The position numbers and the translations under genes are program-made. The notes under the pieces are model-generated. The model was given only the letters and a program-made list of their open reading frames with translations, made no database searches and was not told the origin of the DNA. From the IMG/VR virus record IMGVR_UViG_3300028735_000003, positions 186,001 to 250,000 of that record: a stretch of 64,000 nt of DNA; one strand, 5' to 3'. Below, piece by piece: positions 1-11,245 of the stretch (the first letter of the stretch is position 1; every line of letters begins with the position of its first letter).

Positions 1-3000
1 TCATTAGATATAAATTCAAAAAATCCAGTATTTCCTGTTTTTGAATCAGTCGAATAACTGCTAATAAATATATAGCACCCCATATCTGTATCGTATCCTA
101 AAATTGCGCAGTACAGCCTAATATAATCCTCTATTAATTCAATTTGTAGTTTAATCTCTTCAAGTTGATTCTTAAACAGATCAGATAGGAATTCTGGAAA
201 TACTTGTATTCCCATTTTATCTTTCATATACATCATTCGATAAAATACAGAACTAGGAACCCTATTGTATTGTGGGGGGCGTACCCTTATATGACCTTGC
301 GTATCACAAAATACTTCTAAATTAAGTAAAGAAGCTACTGTTTTGATATTCTCTTTTACATTGACATAACTATTATTATATAATTTTATATTTGAAAGTT
401 CTTTATTATATGCAATAATGTCATAGTCCTTATCGTATTGATCATCCACAATGAATAAATTTTTATCATCATTTGCCCTAACATTGTATGACATTCTTCT
501 TGTAAGATAATTCAGTTGCCTGCGCAATTTCTTTCTCAAGGTATTGCGCTGCGCAACGCCAGTTTCATCTGTCGCAAAATCTGGATCATCCATAATATCA
601 AATTCTACATCATTGCCGGCAATATTATAGATATCCTCATTTTGAACTACTTGTTCATTTACAAGAGTGTTTATCTCCTTTTCTAACTCTTTAGCTTGAG
701 TTTTTAGCAAGTTATACATGCCAGAATCTACATCAGCAAAAATACTGTCTTTACTATCATTTAGAATTTCAGCAACACCAAAAATCTTTAATTTATCATA
801 AATATCTTTAAGTTTATTAAGCTTATCATTTATCTTGTCATTCTGATTTACAATATCAAATTGTCCTTTAAGTCGTTTAGCATATTCTTCTTCATTAACT
901 GATAAACTTTTGAATGGTATAAAGTTACCCCACAACAGATTATTTCTGGATAATGTGGTTCTTAATGATTCGTAGAATGTAGATGCTGCGCTTCTATTAG
1001 CATTCGGATCATTATTATAATTTGGCGAACTAATTGCCTTCCAATATGTTGCAAAATTGTATGGTAATCCAGTTATTAGCAATGATATAACATTCATTAC
1101 ATCTTGACCAGCAAACGGGTCTTTGTAGATATTTGGAAATCCAACCTTATTCGGACCATTTAAGTCAGAAGAACTTCCATATTGAACTTGTACTCCAATA
1201 CCTTCTTTCCATTTATATACAAGACCATCTGGTGCATAAAATGTTCTCGTTAATAAACCAGATAATGGATCTGTACTTTTATCTTGTATTACAGATTTTT
1301 CTGTAACCGGTAAGCCAACACTTGGACCATTTTTATGTTTAACTATCGGCTGCTCACCTTTGCCACCATTAGCTGCCTCTAACAATAACCATTTATTCTC
1401 TTCCAATAATTCAGGATTCTCACTTTTAGCATTTGAATTAATAGTATCAAAATTGGTTTTAAATGGAGTTAATGGGTCAAAAACAGCTCCATTAAATACA
1501 TCAACACCAGGATTAAAATTAACCTTACCCATTTCAAAATACTTGGTATTATCAGTACAACGAACATCTATAATGTATTGCCCGTCACGCCAATTATCCT
1601 GTGAAGAATCTATTAACCCAGCAAATACATGAACTCCTTCATTCTCATTTACAAACTGAGAACGAACCATTTGCCAAAGCCATGTCGGGAATTCTCTTCC
1701 TACAAACGCTGACTTTTCTATTTGAAGATCTATACTACCACCTTGATCACTAAACATAGCATCAAAATTCTGAAATGCGTTCTTTAAATCTGATAGTTGT
1801 TGTGTGGCTTTTTGTAAAAAGCCGCCACCATTGAACATGTTTTGCAATCCACCAAGTAATTGATTATCAAACCTACTTCTAGATGTCATATATACATGTA
1901 CAACATCCATTGGCTGAATTATTAGCTTACCGAGAAAATTAAAACGTAATTTACGTCTCGCATACGTAGTGTTTTGGTTAGCAGTTTGAAATGCATTATG
2001 AGAATTCGCCATTAATGTCAGCTTATCAAAAATAGTCTTTATAAGCCGGCAAAATAATGTTAATTCGGAGTCCGATCCATAATGTCTATTTCCAGATAGA
2101 TTAAAACTATCACTAATAGCAGAAGGTCCACCGTAAGTGTGTTTTTTATTATCTAGACCATCAGAACCAGCAATAGCTCCATCAATTAAATATTCATCAG
2201 GCACTTTTACCCCGAGCGTTTCTCCACCTTTAAATCCAAGTGTTGCTAAAGAACTTAATGCATAATAAGTAAATGGTATTTCTAGAGCTTGTCTATCTAT
2301 AATTGCAGTTACTCTTTTACCTAATAAAGTATCTGGATTTATCTTAAAAGTAATTAAACTGGCGCCACGAACCGATCTATATTGATTTAATCTAGTTTGA
2401 AGTTCATTTATTAATGTATCGGCACTTTCTTTACCTAATTGAAACGTCTTTCTATTATAATACATGTTTGTAGCATCAGCAATAGCCCTTTCAATATCGT
2501 ATTCTGTAATAAACATTGCTCCATATGGATCATATAAAGTAAAACTACACGATCCAGGACTAGCCATATCTATAGAAACACTTGTATTAATACTACTAAA
2601 ATTGGTTAATTCTAACACACCAGTACCAGTTGCATATTGTGATTTCAGTAGATTTGTGCTATCCACAACCCAGTTAGTATACGGGCTAGTAACATTATAT
2701 CCATAAATTCTTTTAAGTCTATCTGCAATTTTTATTAAACTATCCGTTTCGCCACCAGTTGTTAACGAACCCTTATCAAAACTATCGTTAAGAGTATCAG
2801 TAATACTTAATATTACCGGAATCATATAATTATCGATCTGACCAATTATTGATGTTACTCTTTGTATTTTTGAAAGCTTTTCCAGCGCAGCTATTTGATT
2901 GCATTTATTCTGAAATAAAATACGAATTGCTCTATAATATAACTTCTCATCAGCATCCATAAAATCTGGTCTGAAGTTTTCTGCTACAGATGAGAACATT

Positions 3001-3221
3001 CTCTTCTTGACTAAAACCGTAGCATTTGGCTCTTGCGTCAAAATTTCAAATTGTTTTGGAACAATATTATATGGGTCTTGACGAAGATATCCTTCTTCCA
3101 CATACTTACGCTCTGCAGATTGATCAAATTTAAAGTCACCTAAATCCAAAGTTCTCTGCGTATTTTCGCCTAACGAAAACTGATCTGATATCTGGTTAGC
3201 TAAATCTTCCAAAAAACCCAT
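1..3221 (-). CDS. Putative baseplate hub-like protein, >1073 aa, runs off the left window edge (missing from ORF track)
   Basis: ATG at 3221 (MGFLEDLANQISDQF...) after a TAGGA RBS; frame still open at position 1. Contains LEVFCDTQGHIRVRPPQYN, typical of contractile-tail hub proteins. Sits after tape measure and tube-initiator-like gene. Confidence 0.6.
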   Translation of the reverse strand, partial: MGFLEDLANQISDQFSLGENTQRTLDLGDFKFDQSAERKYVEEGYLRQDPYNIVPKQFEILTQEPNATVLVKKRMFSSVAENFRPDFMDADEKLYYRAIRILFQNKCNQIAALEKLSKIQRVTSIIGQIDNYMIPVILSITDTLNDSFDKGSLTTGGETDSLIKIADRLKRIYGYNVTSPYTNWVVDSTNLLKSQYATGTGVLELTNFSSINTSVSIDMASPGSCSFTLYDPYGAMFITEYDIERAIADATNMYYNRKTFQLGKESADTLINELQTRLNQYRSVRGASLITFKINPDTLLGKRVTAIIDRQALEIPFTYYALSSLATLGFKGGETLGVKVPDEYLIDGAIAGSDGLDNKKHTYGGPSAISDSFNLSGNRHYGSDSELTLFCRLIKTIFDKLTLMANSHNAFQTANQNTTYARRKLRFNFLGKLIIQPMDVVHVYMTSRSRFDNQLLGGLQNMFNGGGFLQKATQQLSDLKNAFQNFDAMFSDQGGSIDLQIEKSAFVGREFPTWLWQMVRSQFVNENEGVHVFAGLIDSSQDNWRDGQYIIDVRCTDNTKYFEMGKVNFNPGVDVFNGAVFDPLTPFKTNFDTINSNAKSENPELLEENKWLLLEAANGGKGEQPIVKHKNGPSVGLPVTEKSVIQDKSTDPLSGLLTRTFYAPDGLVYKWKEGIGVQVQYGSSSDLNGPNKVGFPNIYKDPFAGQDVMNVISLLITGLPYNFATYWKAISSPNYNNDPNANRSAASTFYESLRTTLSRNNLLWGNFIPFKSLSVNEEEYAKRLKGQFDIVNQNDKINDKLNKLKDIYDKLKIFGVAEILNDSKDSIFADVDSGMYNLLKTQAKELEKEINTLVNEQVVQNEDIYNIAGNDVEFDIMDDPDFATDETGVAQRNTLRKKLRRQLNYLTRRMSYNVRANDDKNLFIVDDQYDKDYDIIAYNKELSNIKLYNNSYVNVKENIKTVASLLNLEVFCDTQGHIRVRPPQYNRVPSSVFYRMMYMKDKMGIQVFPEFLSDLFKNQLEEIKLQIELIEDYIRLYCAILGYDTDMGCYIFISSYSTDSKTGNTGFFEFISN

Positions 3222-3233
3222 TTTATCCTACAA

Positions 3234-4088
3234 TTATGTAACTCTGCTTCCATCATTAGAAAATGCAGTATCATATCTACTTGGTCCATCTTTGGCACTT
3301 CTATTCCATGGGAAGTAATTCTGTCTATAACCACGTCTTTGTACAGCATTAAATGTTAAAGAATAATCCAATAAAAAATTATCGGCTCTTTCATTAACGG
3401 TCATATTATCAAAATATCCCCTAAATACCCAACCATTATAGTACATCTCTACACCACAAGCCAATTCAGCTAGTGATGTAATATTTTTAGATGCCATAGC
3501 ATTTGCGTTTGGAGAATCAGCTCCTAATAAACCTCCTAAAAGACCACTAGTTAGCCCAGAACTATCGCCTAATAAACCGCCAACAGCGTTTCCTACAGCC
3601 CCAATACCTAGATTTGCTAAATCTGCTGCCGCGGCATTTCCAGCAGCAATAGATAATCCTACAGAATCAAAAGAATATTGCTCAGCACGATAGATTTCGT
3701 ATAGCATATTGATTCCTTCAATGCCAGAGCTTCCAGTAGTCCCTTTAATATCAAGAACGGTTAAATCTTCTCCCCAATATTGAATTGTGTATCCACCTTT
3801 TGTTCTATTCTTAGAAATTAACTTTTTATGTTGATATGTAATTGATTGTGGATTAACATACATACGAACTAAACCAAACTCTGGGACGAACCATGTAATA
3901 ATGTTTCGTTTCATTTGTGTTGGTTTGCCTGTTGGAACTTTAGTATAAGGCAACCCGTTTCCATCTGCAGAAAATGTAGATGGTAGCATAAATCCATCCT
4001 GCTTAAACTGACTTCTTTGTTCTTCAGTTAATGGATTATTCTGATTTAAAAAATCTTGAGCATCATTTAATGCACCCAAAACATCCAT
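3234..4088 (-). CDS. Putative baseplate/tail tube initiator-like protein
   Basis: MYVNPQSI...RTKGG..IQYWGE...I.GTTG and FRGYFDNM..E motifs of tube-fold baseplate proteins; immediately downstream of tape measure. Confidence 0.55.
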   Translation of the reverse strand: MDVLGALNDAQDFLNQNNPLTEEQRSQFKQDGFMLPSTFSADGNGLPYTKVPTGKPTQMKRNIITWFVPEFGLVRMYVNPQSITYQHKKLISKNRTKGGYTIQYWGEDLTVLDIKGTTGSSGIEGINMLYEIYRAEQYSFDSVGLSIAAGNAAAADLANLGIGAVGNAVGGLLGDSSGLTSGLLGGLLGADSPNANAMASKNITSLAELACGVEMYYNGWVFRGYFDNMTVNERADNFLLDYSLTFNAVQRRGYRQNYFPWNRSAKDGPSRYDTAFSNDGSRVT

Positions 4089-4100
4089 GATTGTTCCTTA

Positions 4101-6464
4101 TTATCTAGCAGTTGGTAATCTAGCTGTAGTTTGCTCGCTAGCTCTTATCCTTGCCCCACAACTTGCACAAGTTGTATCAACATGTATATTAATATCGATT
4201 TGTTCATTTGTTGGTCGAACACTTCCATTTGATACATTACCTGGCGCTGAAGTTCCATTTTCTTTATTACTTACACCATCTGATACGTTACTAACAGTAG
4301 CAACAGCATTTGCTACAATTGCGCCTGGAGTTGGAATTGATCGTTCCAATGCCGTACTTACATGTCCATCCAATACGTCTCTTGTACTTGTATTTGGCAT
4401 ATAACTTATTAATTGATTGTTATTACTATTACCTGTACGATATACTTGCATATCATCAATTAATGTTTGCAAACGACCCGCTCGTTCTTCTAAAATTTGT
4501 CTATCTGCGGCATCACTAGTTCGGTTTGCTTCTGCTCTAATAACATCAAGTTTGTGGCGCAGACTTTCCAAATCTCTTTCGTAGTCTTTATTACTTGTGC
4601 TTCCAAACATCACCGCAGCCCTCTCTATTGGAGCATTAATGGCTGATCCTATACCACCAACAAACGACACCCAATCATTTAGACTCTCGGCTGCATATCT
4701 ACCTGTAGGATGTTCTCCAGCTTTATGAGCCATGCCACTATAACCTACATCTATATCTAGCGTTCTGGTGCCGCTACGCGCACTTCCTGTGCTCATAGAA
4801 TTACGAATATACTCGCGCATTCTCTCTTCTGATGGAACAACTACTCCTTCCGCAAATTCAGTAGTCCCTACTCTTGCTGCAGAAAATTGTTGCAAAAGTC
4901 CAAGATCTATTATATTGCTAACTCCACGAGTAGACTCGGCCATGCTCCTTAAAACGCCCAAATGTGTTGCAGATAATTCTTGAAACTTTAATCCCTTATC
5001 CATGGTTTCTTGAAGTATGGTGTCTGATAATTCCTGTTCAGATATTTTGCCTGTAGATCTTGCTTGAAATGCTTCTAGTATCCTAGCTGCATCCTGTTCT
5101 GTTTTAGCAAAACTTCCTAATGGTCCCTGCATTAGCATTTGCCTTTGCATAACAGCACGACTTGCAGCCTCTTCACTCTTACTTGCTTCTTCTACAGAAA
5201 CAATTTTACCAAATTGTCTTTGCATAGTAGATTGAACAATGTGCATCACTTCATCGATATTTCCAGATCGAATCATTTGTTCAATTTGGAAAGCTCCCCT
5301 TAAACCACCAGCACCACCACTTTGTTGAGATAAAAATGCTCTCTGTGCAACATCCAAATTAGCAATTTTATTCGTCATGTCCTGTACGATACTAATTGCC
5401 GAAGCGCCGCTAATTTTGGTGCTTTTCAATGCCCCAACATATTCATTCATAAGCCTAGCTGCTCCTTGAATGATCTTGCCGCTGGACATACCCTCGCCAC
5501 CAAATCTTCTTAGATCTTCTGTCGCTCCTTGCAACGCACGTTGTACTACAAATAATTCAATGCCGAATTTATTTGAAATTTCACCAATTCTTGAGGTAAA
5601 TTGTAATGCATTTTCGCCTTCCATACCCATGTTTTTATATGCTATTTTCAAATCTTCTATTACATCACTATAATTTCTTCCACTACCGATAGCATATTGC
5701 ATAGTTGCAGCCAACATACCAACATTTGTACTACTCTCTCGTGCCGACTTTACTATGCTTTGTAATGCGCCTGGAACCTGACCTAATTTCATGTAATAGT
5801 CCTCTACTACGTCAGCAGGCACCTGCATAGCCTGTCCAACACTAGTAAGCATTGCACTATGAGCAGACGCAATGTCATTCAAATTTTCGAAATTCTCACC
5901 TGCACTTTTAGTTAGTTCATCTAGTTGTCCGGTAGCTGCCGACATCTGAAATAAACCGCTCTCTAATCTTAGAGCGTTATCTGCGCCTTTAGCCATTGCA
6001 AGAGCAAATGCACTAACTGCTTCCTTGGTTTTTGCGATATTTCCTGGAATTTTAATCCCCATGCTTTCAAAACTATCTACAAATGCTCCGACTGGAGCAT
6101 TTTTTGCAGTAAGCACTTCTATAGCACTAGTAATTTGACCAGTAAATGTATTTAATGTTGGTGCCGTTCTTTCAAATTCCTTAAATGATTCTCTTACTCC
6201 TACAAGTGTTGTGCCCAAGGATGAAAAAGCTACTGCTTGTTTCGTACTCAAATTTCCGATTGATCCTAATGCATCTTTAAGTGCAATAACTTTATCTCCC
6301 AAATCCTTGATATTCAATCCCGCTTGTACTCCAATGTTACTGAAATCAACAATAGCATTGGTAGCTTCATCAGCTTTAGTAGTTACATCACTTAATGCTG
6401 TTGCAGTACCTGCAATAACATTTTGGTTTTGTTGATTTGTTAGATCTGGTTGGTCATTTGTCAT
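4101..6464 (-). CDS. Tape measure protein (787 aa)
   Basis: Helical Ala/Gly/Gln-rich protein directly after tube and frameshifted chaperones (canonical synteny). Confidence 0.7.
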   Translation of the reverse strand: MTNDQPDLTNQQNQNVIAGTATALSDVTTKADEATNAIVDFSNIGVQAGLNIKDLGDKVIALKDALGSIGNLSTKQAVAFSSLGTTLVGVRESFKEFERTAPTLNTFTGQITSAIEVLTAKNAPVGAFVDSFESMGIKIPGNIAKTKEAVSAFALAMAKGADNALRLESGLFQMSAATGQLDELTKSAGENFENLNDIASAHSAMLTSVGQAMQVPADVVEDYYMKLGQVPGALQSIVKSARESSTNVGMLAATMQYAIGSGRNYSDVIEDLKIAYKNMGMEGENALQFTSRIGEISNKFGIELFVVQRALQGATEDLRRFGGEGMSSGKIIQGAARLMNEYVGALKSTKISGASAISIVQDMTNKIANLDVAQRAFLSQQSGGAGGLRGAFQIEQMIRSGNIDEVMHIVQSTMQRQFGKIVSVEEASKSEEAASRAVMQRQMLMQGPLGSFAKTEQDAARILEAFQARSTGKISEQELSDTILQETMDKGLKFQELSATHLGVLRSMAESTRGVSNIIDLGLLQQFSAARVGTTEFAEGVVVPSEERMREYIRNSMSTGSARSGTRTLDIDVGYSGMAHKAGEHPTGRYAAESLNDWVSFVGGIGSAINAPIERAAVMFGSTSNKDYERDLESLRHKLDVIRAEANRTSDAADRQILEERAGRLQTLIDDMQVYRTGNSNNNQLISYMPNTSTRDVLDGHVSTALERSIPTPGAIVANAVATVSNVSDGVSNKENGTSAPGNVSNGSVRPTNEQIDINIHVDTTCASCGARIRASEQTTARLPTAR

Positions 6465-6467
6465 TAA

Positions 6468-6821
6468 TTATCCTTGTATTATGCGTCTCTTTTTTCTTCG
6501 TTTATGTTCTGGTGATTTTGCAGATAATTTAGAATTAATTTCTTTTATCATTCTAGTAGATTCTTCAAACTCTTCATCTGTAGATTCATAAACATTTCCT
6601 TTTCCAAGTAACTGTTTAACAGCATCCGGATGAGAAAAGGACGCTAATAGATATGCGTGATTTTTAGCTAGTTCAGCCTTATCATTTTGATCTGCCAGCC
6701 AATTTTCATACATCCATATTTTCTGAACCGGGTCCATATCTACAATAAACGGATCGTCTGGCATTTTTCTATATTGCTTGCACAAATACCAAATGAAACG
6801 ATGCTCCGGTTCAAATGTTAT
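6468..6821 (-). CDS. Tail assembly chaperone, -1 frameshift extension (gpT-like)
   Basis: Frame open from 6821 (ITFEPEHRFIWYLCKQY...), reached by -1 slip at A AAA AAA (6827-6821). Confidence 0.7.
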   Translation of the reverse strand: MTFEPEHRFIWYLCKQYRKMPDDPFIVDMDPVQKIWMYENWLADQNDKAELAKNHAYLLASFSHPDAVKQLLGKGNVYESTDEEFEESTRMIKEINSKLSAKSPEHKRRKKRRIIQG

Positions 6822-7447
6822 TTTTTTAGATCTTCTATAACAACCTTTGCCTCCTCGCTTGTCTTGATTGTAAATTTCTCACGAGCTTCTTTAGCTAATT
6901 TAAGATATTCGTCATATAATCTGTTTAATAAGGCTTCATCTAATTCTTCAATAAAAAATAATTTTGCTTCTAAGGTATCTGAGCCTATGAACTGTGAAAA
7001 ATTCACGCCCGCAATACTAACAATGGAACGAGCCAATAACTGTTTTCTAATTTCAAATGGAAACTGCACACTATTATCGAATTCTGCTGCAGCAACAATA
7101 GCTTCCCTCATCTCTTTAGATTTAAGAGACTGAAAAACAAATTCATTCCCACCTACATCAGCAGTATGTGTAGTGCGTGTCATACCAAGTAGAATTTCTA
7201 TTCTTTTCTTAGCGCTATCACTGAGCCTTTCTTTTCCGGTCCTACGAGCTTCTCTAGCCTGCCTAATTTCACTCTCGATACTAGCCAGGTCTTGTTCTTG
7301 TTGCATTTTCATTTGCGTTTCTTTTATAGAGGGGTCATCAATAACATAATTAACATGTGGAAGATCTCCTTCATCTGGTATTTCTACCTCTCTCATTGGT
7401 TTTCCTGCGAATTGTTTATTACTTATTGGACTGTCGAAACTTGGCAT
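6818..7447 (-). CDS. Tail assembly chaperone (gpG-like)
   Basis: Between tube and tape measure; GGAG RBS before ATG 7447; ends CTA AAA AAA TAA. Confidence 0.7.
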   Translation of the reverse strand: MPSFDSPISNKQFAGKPMREVEIPDEGDLPHVNYVIDDPSIKETQMKMQQEQDLASIESEIRQAREARRTGKERLSDSAKKRIEILLGMTRTTHTADVGGNEFVFQSLKSKEMREAIVAAAEFDNSVQFPFEIRKQLLARSIVSIAGVNFSQFIGSDTLEAKLFFIEELDEALLNRLYDEYLKLAKEAREKFTIKTSEEAKVVIEDLKK

Positions 7448-7533
7448 GTTTAACTCCACAAATTAAAATATTAGTTCTAGATAATTATATATCACCAAAT
7501 CATATATGATTTATGTTGATTAATCGGCACAAA

Positions 7534-7567
7534 TAGAAAAGCGTCTGAGTTTTTATGCTCAGACGCT
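7534..7567 (-). terminator. Rho-independent terminator after tail tube gene
   Basis: Stem AGCGTCTGAG/CTCAGACGCT (7540-7567) followed by TTTCT on the minus strand. Confidence 0.7.
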
Positions 7568-7591
7568 AATATTATTTAATGATGGTTTTAA

Positions 7592-8296
7592 TTAAAACAA
7601 TTCGCCGGAATCACCGATGTCGATAAGTCCTGCTGCATCAAGAGATCCTCTACGACCAGCAAATCCAGTATCAACCAATTGCTCAATATTCTTAATACTT
7701 CCGTCAGTTCCAGAAACAATTTCAAGAACACCATTTGGATTTCCGTTTCCACCCATATGAATAATTCCACGTTCTCCACCAACTGCTACTGGGCTTGCAG
7801 AAGATCCGTTTAGTATGCTATAGATTGTTTCAGCTTCCCAATTCATTGTGTCAGTAATAACCCAATCATTTACCTGATAATTATACTGAATGCTTGAAAT
7901 CCAAACGTTCTTAATAACTGTTGAAATTTGATTTCCAGAATTTTTTTTCTGTTTATCTAATATTACTATATCAAAAGGATATACCTGTGATGCAACGTGG
8001 ATAAATCCTCTACTGAACGCTTCAGCAATACGTAGTCTATCAAAACGAATTCTTTGGCATGATCCGGTTATTTTTGTCGATCCATTTGGTACAGAATCGA
8101 TATGACCATCAGTACCAAGCTCATCAATCATCTTTATAGTTCTTTGTTCATTGACAGACAATGATTGAACGGCGCCAACCGCTTGATTATGCACCATGAT
8201 GATAATGTTCGTGGAAATTGCAGTACTTGTTTTATTTATATTGGCATATGATGGCGTTCCAAATAATGTAGAACCTGTGTTAGATGCGTTAGCCAT
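7592..8296 (-). CDS. Tail tube protein
   Basis: Directly after sheath; VGAVQSLSVNEQR...ELG...VP motif of contractile tail tubes. Confidence 0.75.
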   Translation of the reverse strand: MANASNTGSTLFGTPSYANINKTSTAISTNIIIMVHNQAVGAVQSLSVNEQRTIKMIDELGTDGHIDSVPNGSTKITGSCQRIRFDRLRIAEAFSRGFIHVASQVYPFDIVILDKQKKNSGNQISTVIKNVWISSIQYNYQVNDWVITDTMNWEAETIYSILNGSSASPVAVGGERGIIHMGGNGNPNGVLEIVSGTDGSIKNIEQLVDTGFAGRRGSLDAAGLIDIGDSGELF

Positions 8297-8310
8297 TTAT
8301 ATCTCCCTAA

Positions 8311-11115
8311 TTATAACTGTCCAAGGCTGACTTTAATGTAGATAAAGTTTACTGGGTAAGTTGGCTGAACCCTCACTGTTACGTTCCATTGTGTTGGATT
8401 TGCAGAATCTTTCTGCACTGACAAATCCTTGTATGCAGTGATTAGACCTTGTGAAACCAATGCGTTCAATAAAATGACAGCACGAGTATTCAAAACTGCT
8501 TGTGTTTCCTGATTCTCTGGTAAACCAATGAATGGTGCAAAACCTGCGCGCAGTACCTTTGCTACTCTATCTCTTATGAATACTATAGAAATTTCTTGCT
8601 CTTCAGGATATCCACTTTGAGATGTTGTAATACCCCAAACCACCCTTCCTCCACCGGCTACTGGTTGTAATGTACATACACCGGCTTGTGCCAATTGTTC
8701 AAGTACCAATGAAGAAAATTGCTTATTTCTAAGAATTGTGAAACCTGTCAAAGTCTTGTTTGTCAATGGATTTTCAAGTCTTACATCAGCAGATTCATAA
8801 CCTGCTGCGGCTGCTGCTAAGTAAAATCCGTCAACCAATACGTTGTCTGTTCCAGCTTGAACAACAATTTGATCTGGATAGAAATATACACATCTAAATG
8901 TATTTCCAAATGCATCTGCTACAGAATAATTTGCCAAGTCTTCAATGTTTCCTGACAATACTTCAGTAACGCTGTCTCCTTGAATTCCTTCAAGCACACC
9001 GATATCTTCAACTGCTGCCAACTTTGCTCCAGTAAGATTTTCTGGTGTTAATCCAGAAATTGCTCCGCAGAATAAAACCCTTTCTTTCTTATTTTTAATA
9101 TTACTCATGCTCTTGCAATGTGCTAAAGCATTTTGAAAGATTACCGATATGGTTTGTTTTGGCAATGGGACAACTATATCACATTCTACTGCCTCTAATG
9201 ATTTAAAAGCATTTATCCATCCAGCATCGTAGAAAGATGCATCTTTTTCGTTAATTACAGTGACTCTTAAACGATATCCATTAGGAACAACATTATGATT
9301 CAATACAATATATGAACTTTGATCTGCAAGATCCAAAACTTCATATCTCATATTAGATTCACTGACTACTGCCTTCTTAATTGTTACTTGATTAGAGCCT
9401 ACTGCAATTATATCATATAAACCGTCTTGATTGTTAGCAGAACCATTGATATGTAATCTATAATTTAATTCAATATCAGGAACATTGCTAAAATCTATTG
9501 TAGCGCTATTTAATGTGCCGGTTGCTGTTCCTGCAATTTTTACTAATACACCGTCAGTTCCAGAATAACCATCTAATGGTAATCCACTTGAATTACTGAT
9601 TAATTCAAAAGTAATTGGTGTTTCATTAGTAAAGTCAGAAAAGTATGGGGCTGACAAAGTATGGAATCCCTGTGGGTCATCACTCGTCTTAACTGTTAAT
9701 TTACCATTAGATACTCCAGTAACTTCAAAATAACCGATGTTTGCAGAGTTGATTGCATCGATAAGGCTCAAAGTTTTACCAACATAACTAGAATCAAACC
9801 TAATTGATGAACTAAAAACGCCTCTATTATTAACTGCGGGGTCTCTACCAATATATCCGTCAAAACCTGATGCTAATGTTTCATATCCTAACTTAACTGT
9901 ATAATAATATGAATATCCACCAGGAGCAGGAATATCATCAAAAATGAATTCATTTGTTGTTGGATATCCTGGAGTATCTAGCAAATAATAATCTAATTTA
10001 TTTGGAAGAATCTGTTGTTCTACATTAGTTGTATTATTTGTCACGAAGAAATGGATATTGGAATTGAAATCCAATGTGACACCTGCTGGTAATGGAAAGA
10101 TAAAGTCATCTGGATTAGTAGATGTCGCGGTAACTGAGTCCTCTAAAATATAAGATGTTCTTCTTGGCATTGCTGGAGCGGTTTGTACCGTCAAAATAGC
10201 TGGCGCAGCATTTGCAAATGCTAATTGACACCCTAAACTCAAATTATTATCGATACTTGGGAAACCATGACGAACAGCTACATCTCCTAAGCCTTGCAAT
10301 AATACAGGGTCATTTAGAGTTGCCGTTGGAATATAAGTTGCTGTTAAAGAGTCGTTACGAACTAAAGCCCCGCTATCAACGATAACTGTGAAAGCATCTC
10401 CCTCTCTGAATGGAGTTATTGATACGCCACCAACTTTGGTCTCATAAATTGAAAAACTTAATACACCGTTTGATACAACTTTTCCATTGGCGGTCCAAAT
10501 TATAGGATTACCATTTGCGTCTAACTTTGTTCCAGATACAGATCCAAATGCTATAAACTTTGCGGTATTTTGTATCGGGGCATTTAAGGCGTCTCGAACA
10601 ACCGACACACATCTAATAGACCAGGTTTCTGGAGGCGCATTAGCATCAACTAAGGTCAAAGAGGTAAGATAACCATCACCAACATTTGTCGTAAGTGGTA
10701 CATAATATGCACCACCCTGATCAACTAAATGTGCTCTTTGCAATTCAATTTGACCAGAATTAATATCAATTCTATAATCATACTTATTGCTGAATGGTTT
10801 AGAATCAATTAAGGCTTCTAAACCAACAAGTGGTATACCATTTTTAAACAATTGTGTTCTATTAGAAATTACTGGGTAGTCTCCCAATTTGAAATGTCTA
10901 CCATCTGCACCAGTTGTTGATGTATAGGTTGGGTTTAATCCGTCATTACCACCACCTATTGCTTGAGAAACTAAAGTTTCTTCAGCAGCACCTTCACCCA
11001 TTATAGCCGCGATTCTGGAGCCTCCAGGAATTGAAACCCCGCGAGATTGTGTAACTACATCAGTAAAAACACCTGGTATTGCTGTTGATGCGCCTGGAAT
11101 GTTAGCGTTAGCCAT
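8311..11115 (-). CDS. Contractile tail sheath protein (934 aa)
   Basis: N-terminal PGVF; C-terminal LTNK, GITT, EISIVFIRD and VQPTYPVNFIYIK sheath motifs. Confidence 0.9.
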   Translation of the reverse strand: MANANIPGASTAIPGVFTDVVTQSRGVSIPGGSRIAAIMGEGAAEETLVSQAIGGGNDGLNPTYTSTTGADGRHFKLGDYPVISNRTQLFKNGIPLVGLEALIDSKPFSNKYDYRIDINSGQIELQRAHLVDQGGAYYVPLTTNVGDGYLTSLTLVDANAPPETWSIRCVSVVRDALNAPIQNTAKFIAFGSVSGTKLDANGNPIIWTANGKVVSNGVLSFSIYETKVGGVSITPFREGDAFTVIVDSGALVRNDSLTATYIPTATLNDPVLLQGLGDVAVRHGFPSIDNNLSLGCQLAFANAAPAILTVQTAPAMPRRTSYILEDSVTATSTNPDDFIFPLPAGVTLDFNSNIHFFVTNNTTNVEQQILPNKLDYYLLDTPGYPTTNEFIFDDIPAPGGYSYYYTVKLGYETLASGFDGYIGRDPAVNNRGVFSSSIRFDSSYVGKTLSLIDAINSANIGYFEVTGVSNGKLTVKTSDDPQGFHTLSAPYFSDFTNETPITFELISNSSGLPLDGYSGTDGVLVKIAGTATGTLNSATIDFSNVPDIELNYRLHINGSANNQDGLYDIIAVGSNQVTIKKAVVSESNMRYEVLDLADQSSYIVLNHNVVPNGYRLRVTVINEKDASFYDAGWINAFKSLEAVECDIVVPLPKQTISVIFQNALAHCKSMSNIKNKKERVLFCGAISGLTPENLTGAKLAAVEDIGVLEGIQGDSVTEVLSGNIEDLANYSVADAFGNTFRCVYFYPDQIVVQAGTDNVLVDGFYLAAAAAGYESADVRLENPLTNKTLTGFTILRNKQFSSLVLEQLAQAGVCTLQPVAGGGRVVWGITTSQSGYPEEQEISIVFIRDRVAKVLRAGFAPFIGLPENQETQAVLNTRAVILLNALVSQGLITAYKDLSVQKDSANPTQWNVTVRVQPTYPVNFIYIKVSLGQL

Positions 11116-11245
11116 ATTTGAATCCTTATCACTCAGTTATGTAGCTTGTATCATTAAAATGTATTAATATTACTATTCCTGGTGATATATTAATATATTT
11201 TATTGTCTTGCCCGTCTTTTCATTCGCTACTTAGAACCTGTTAAT

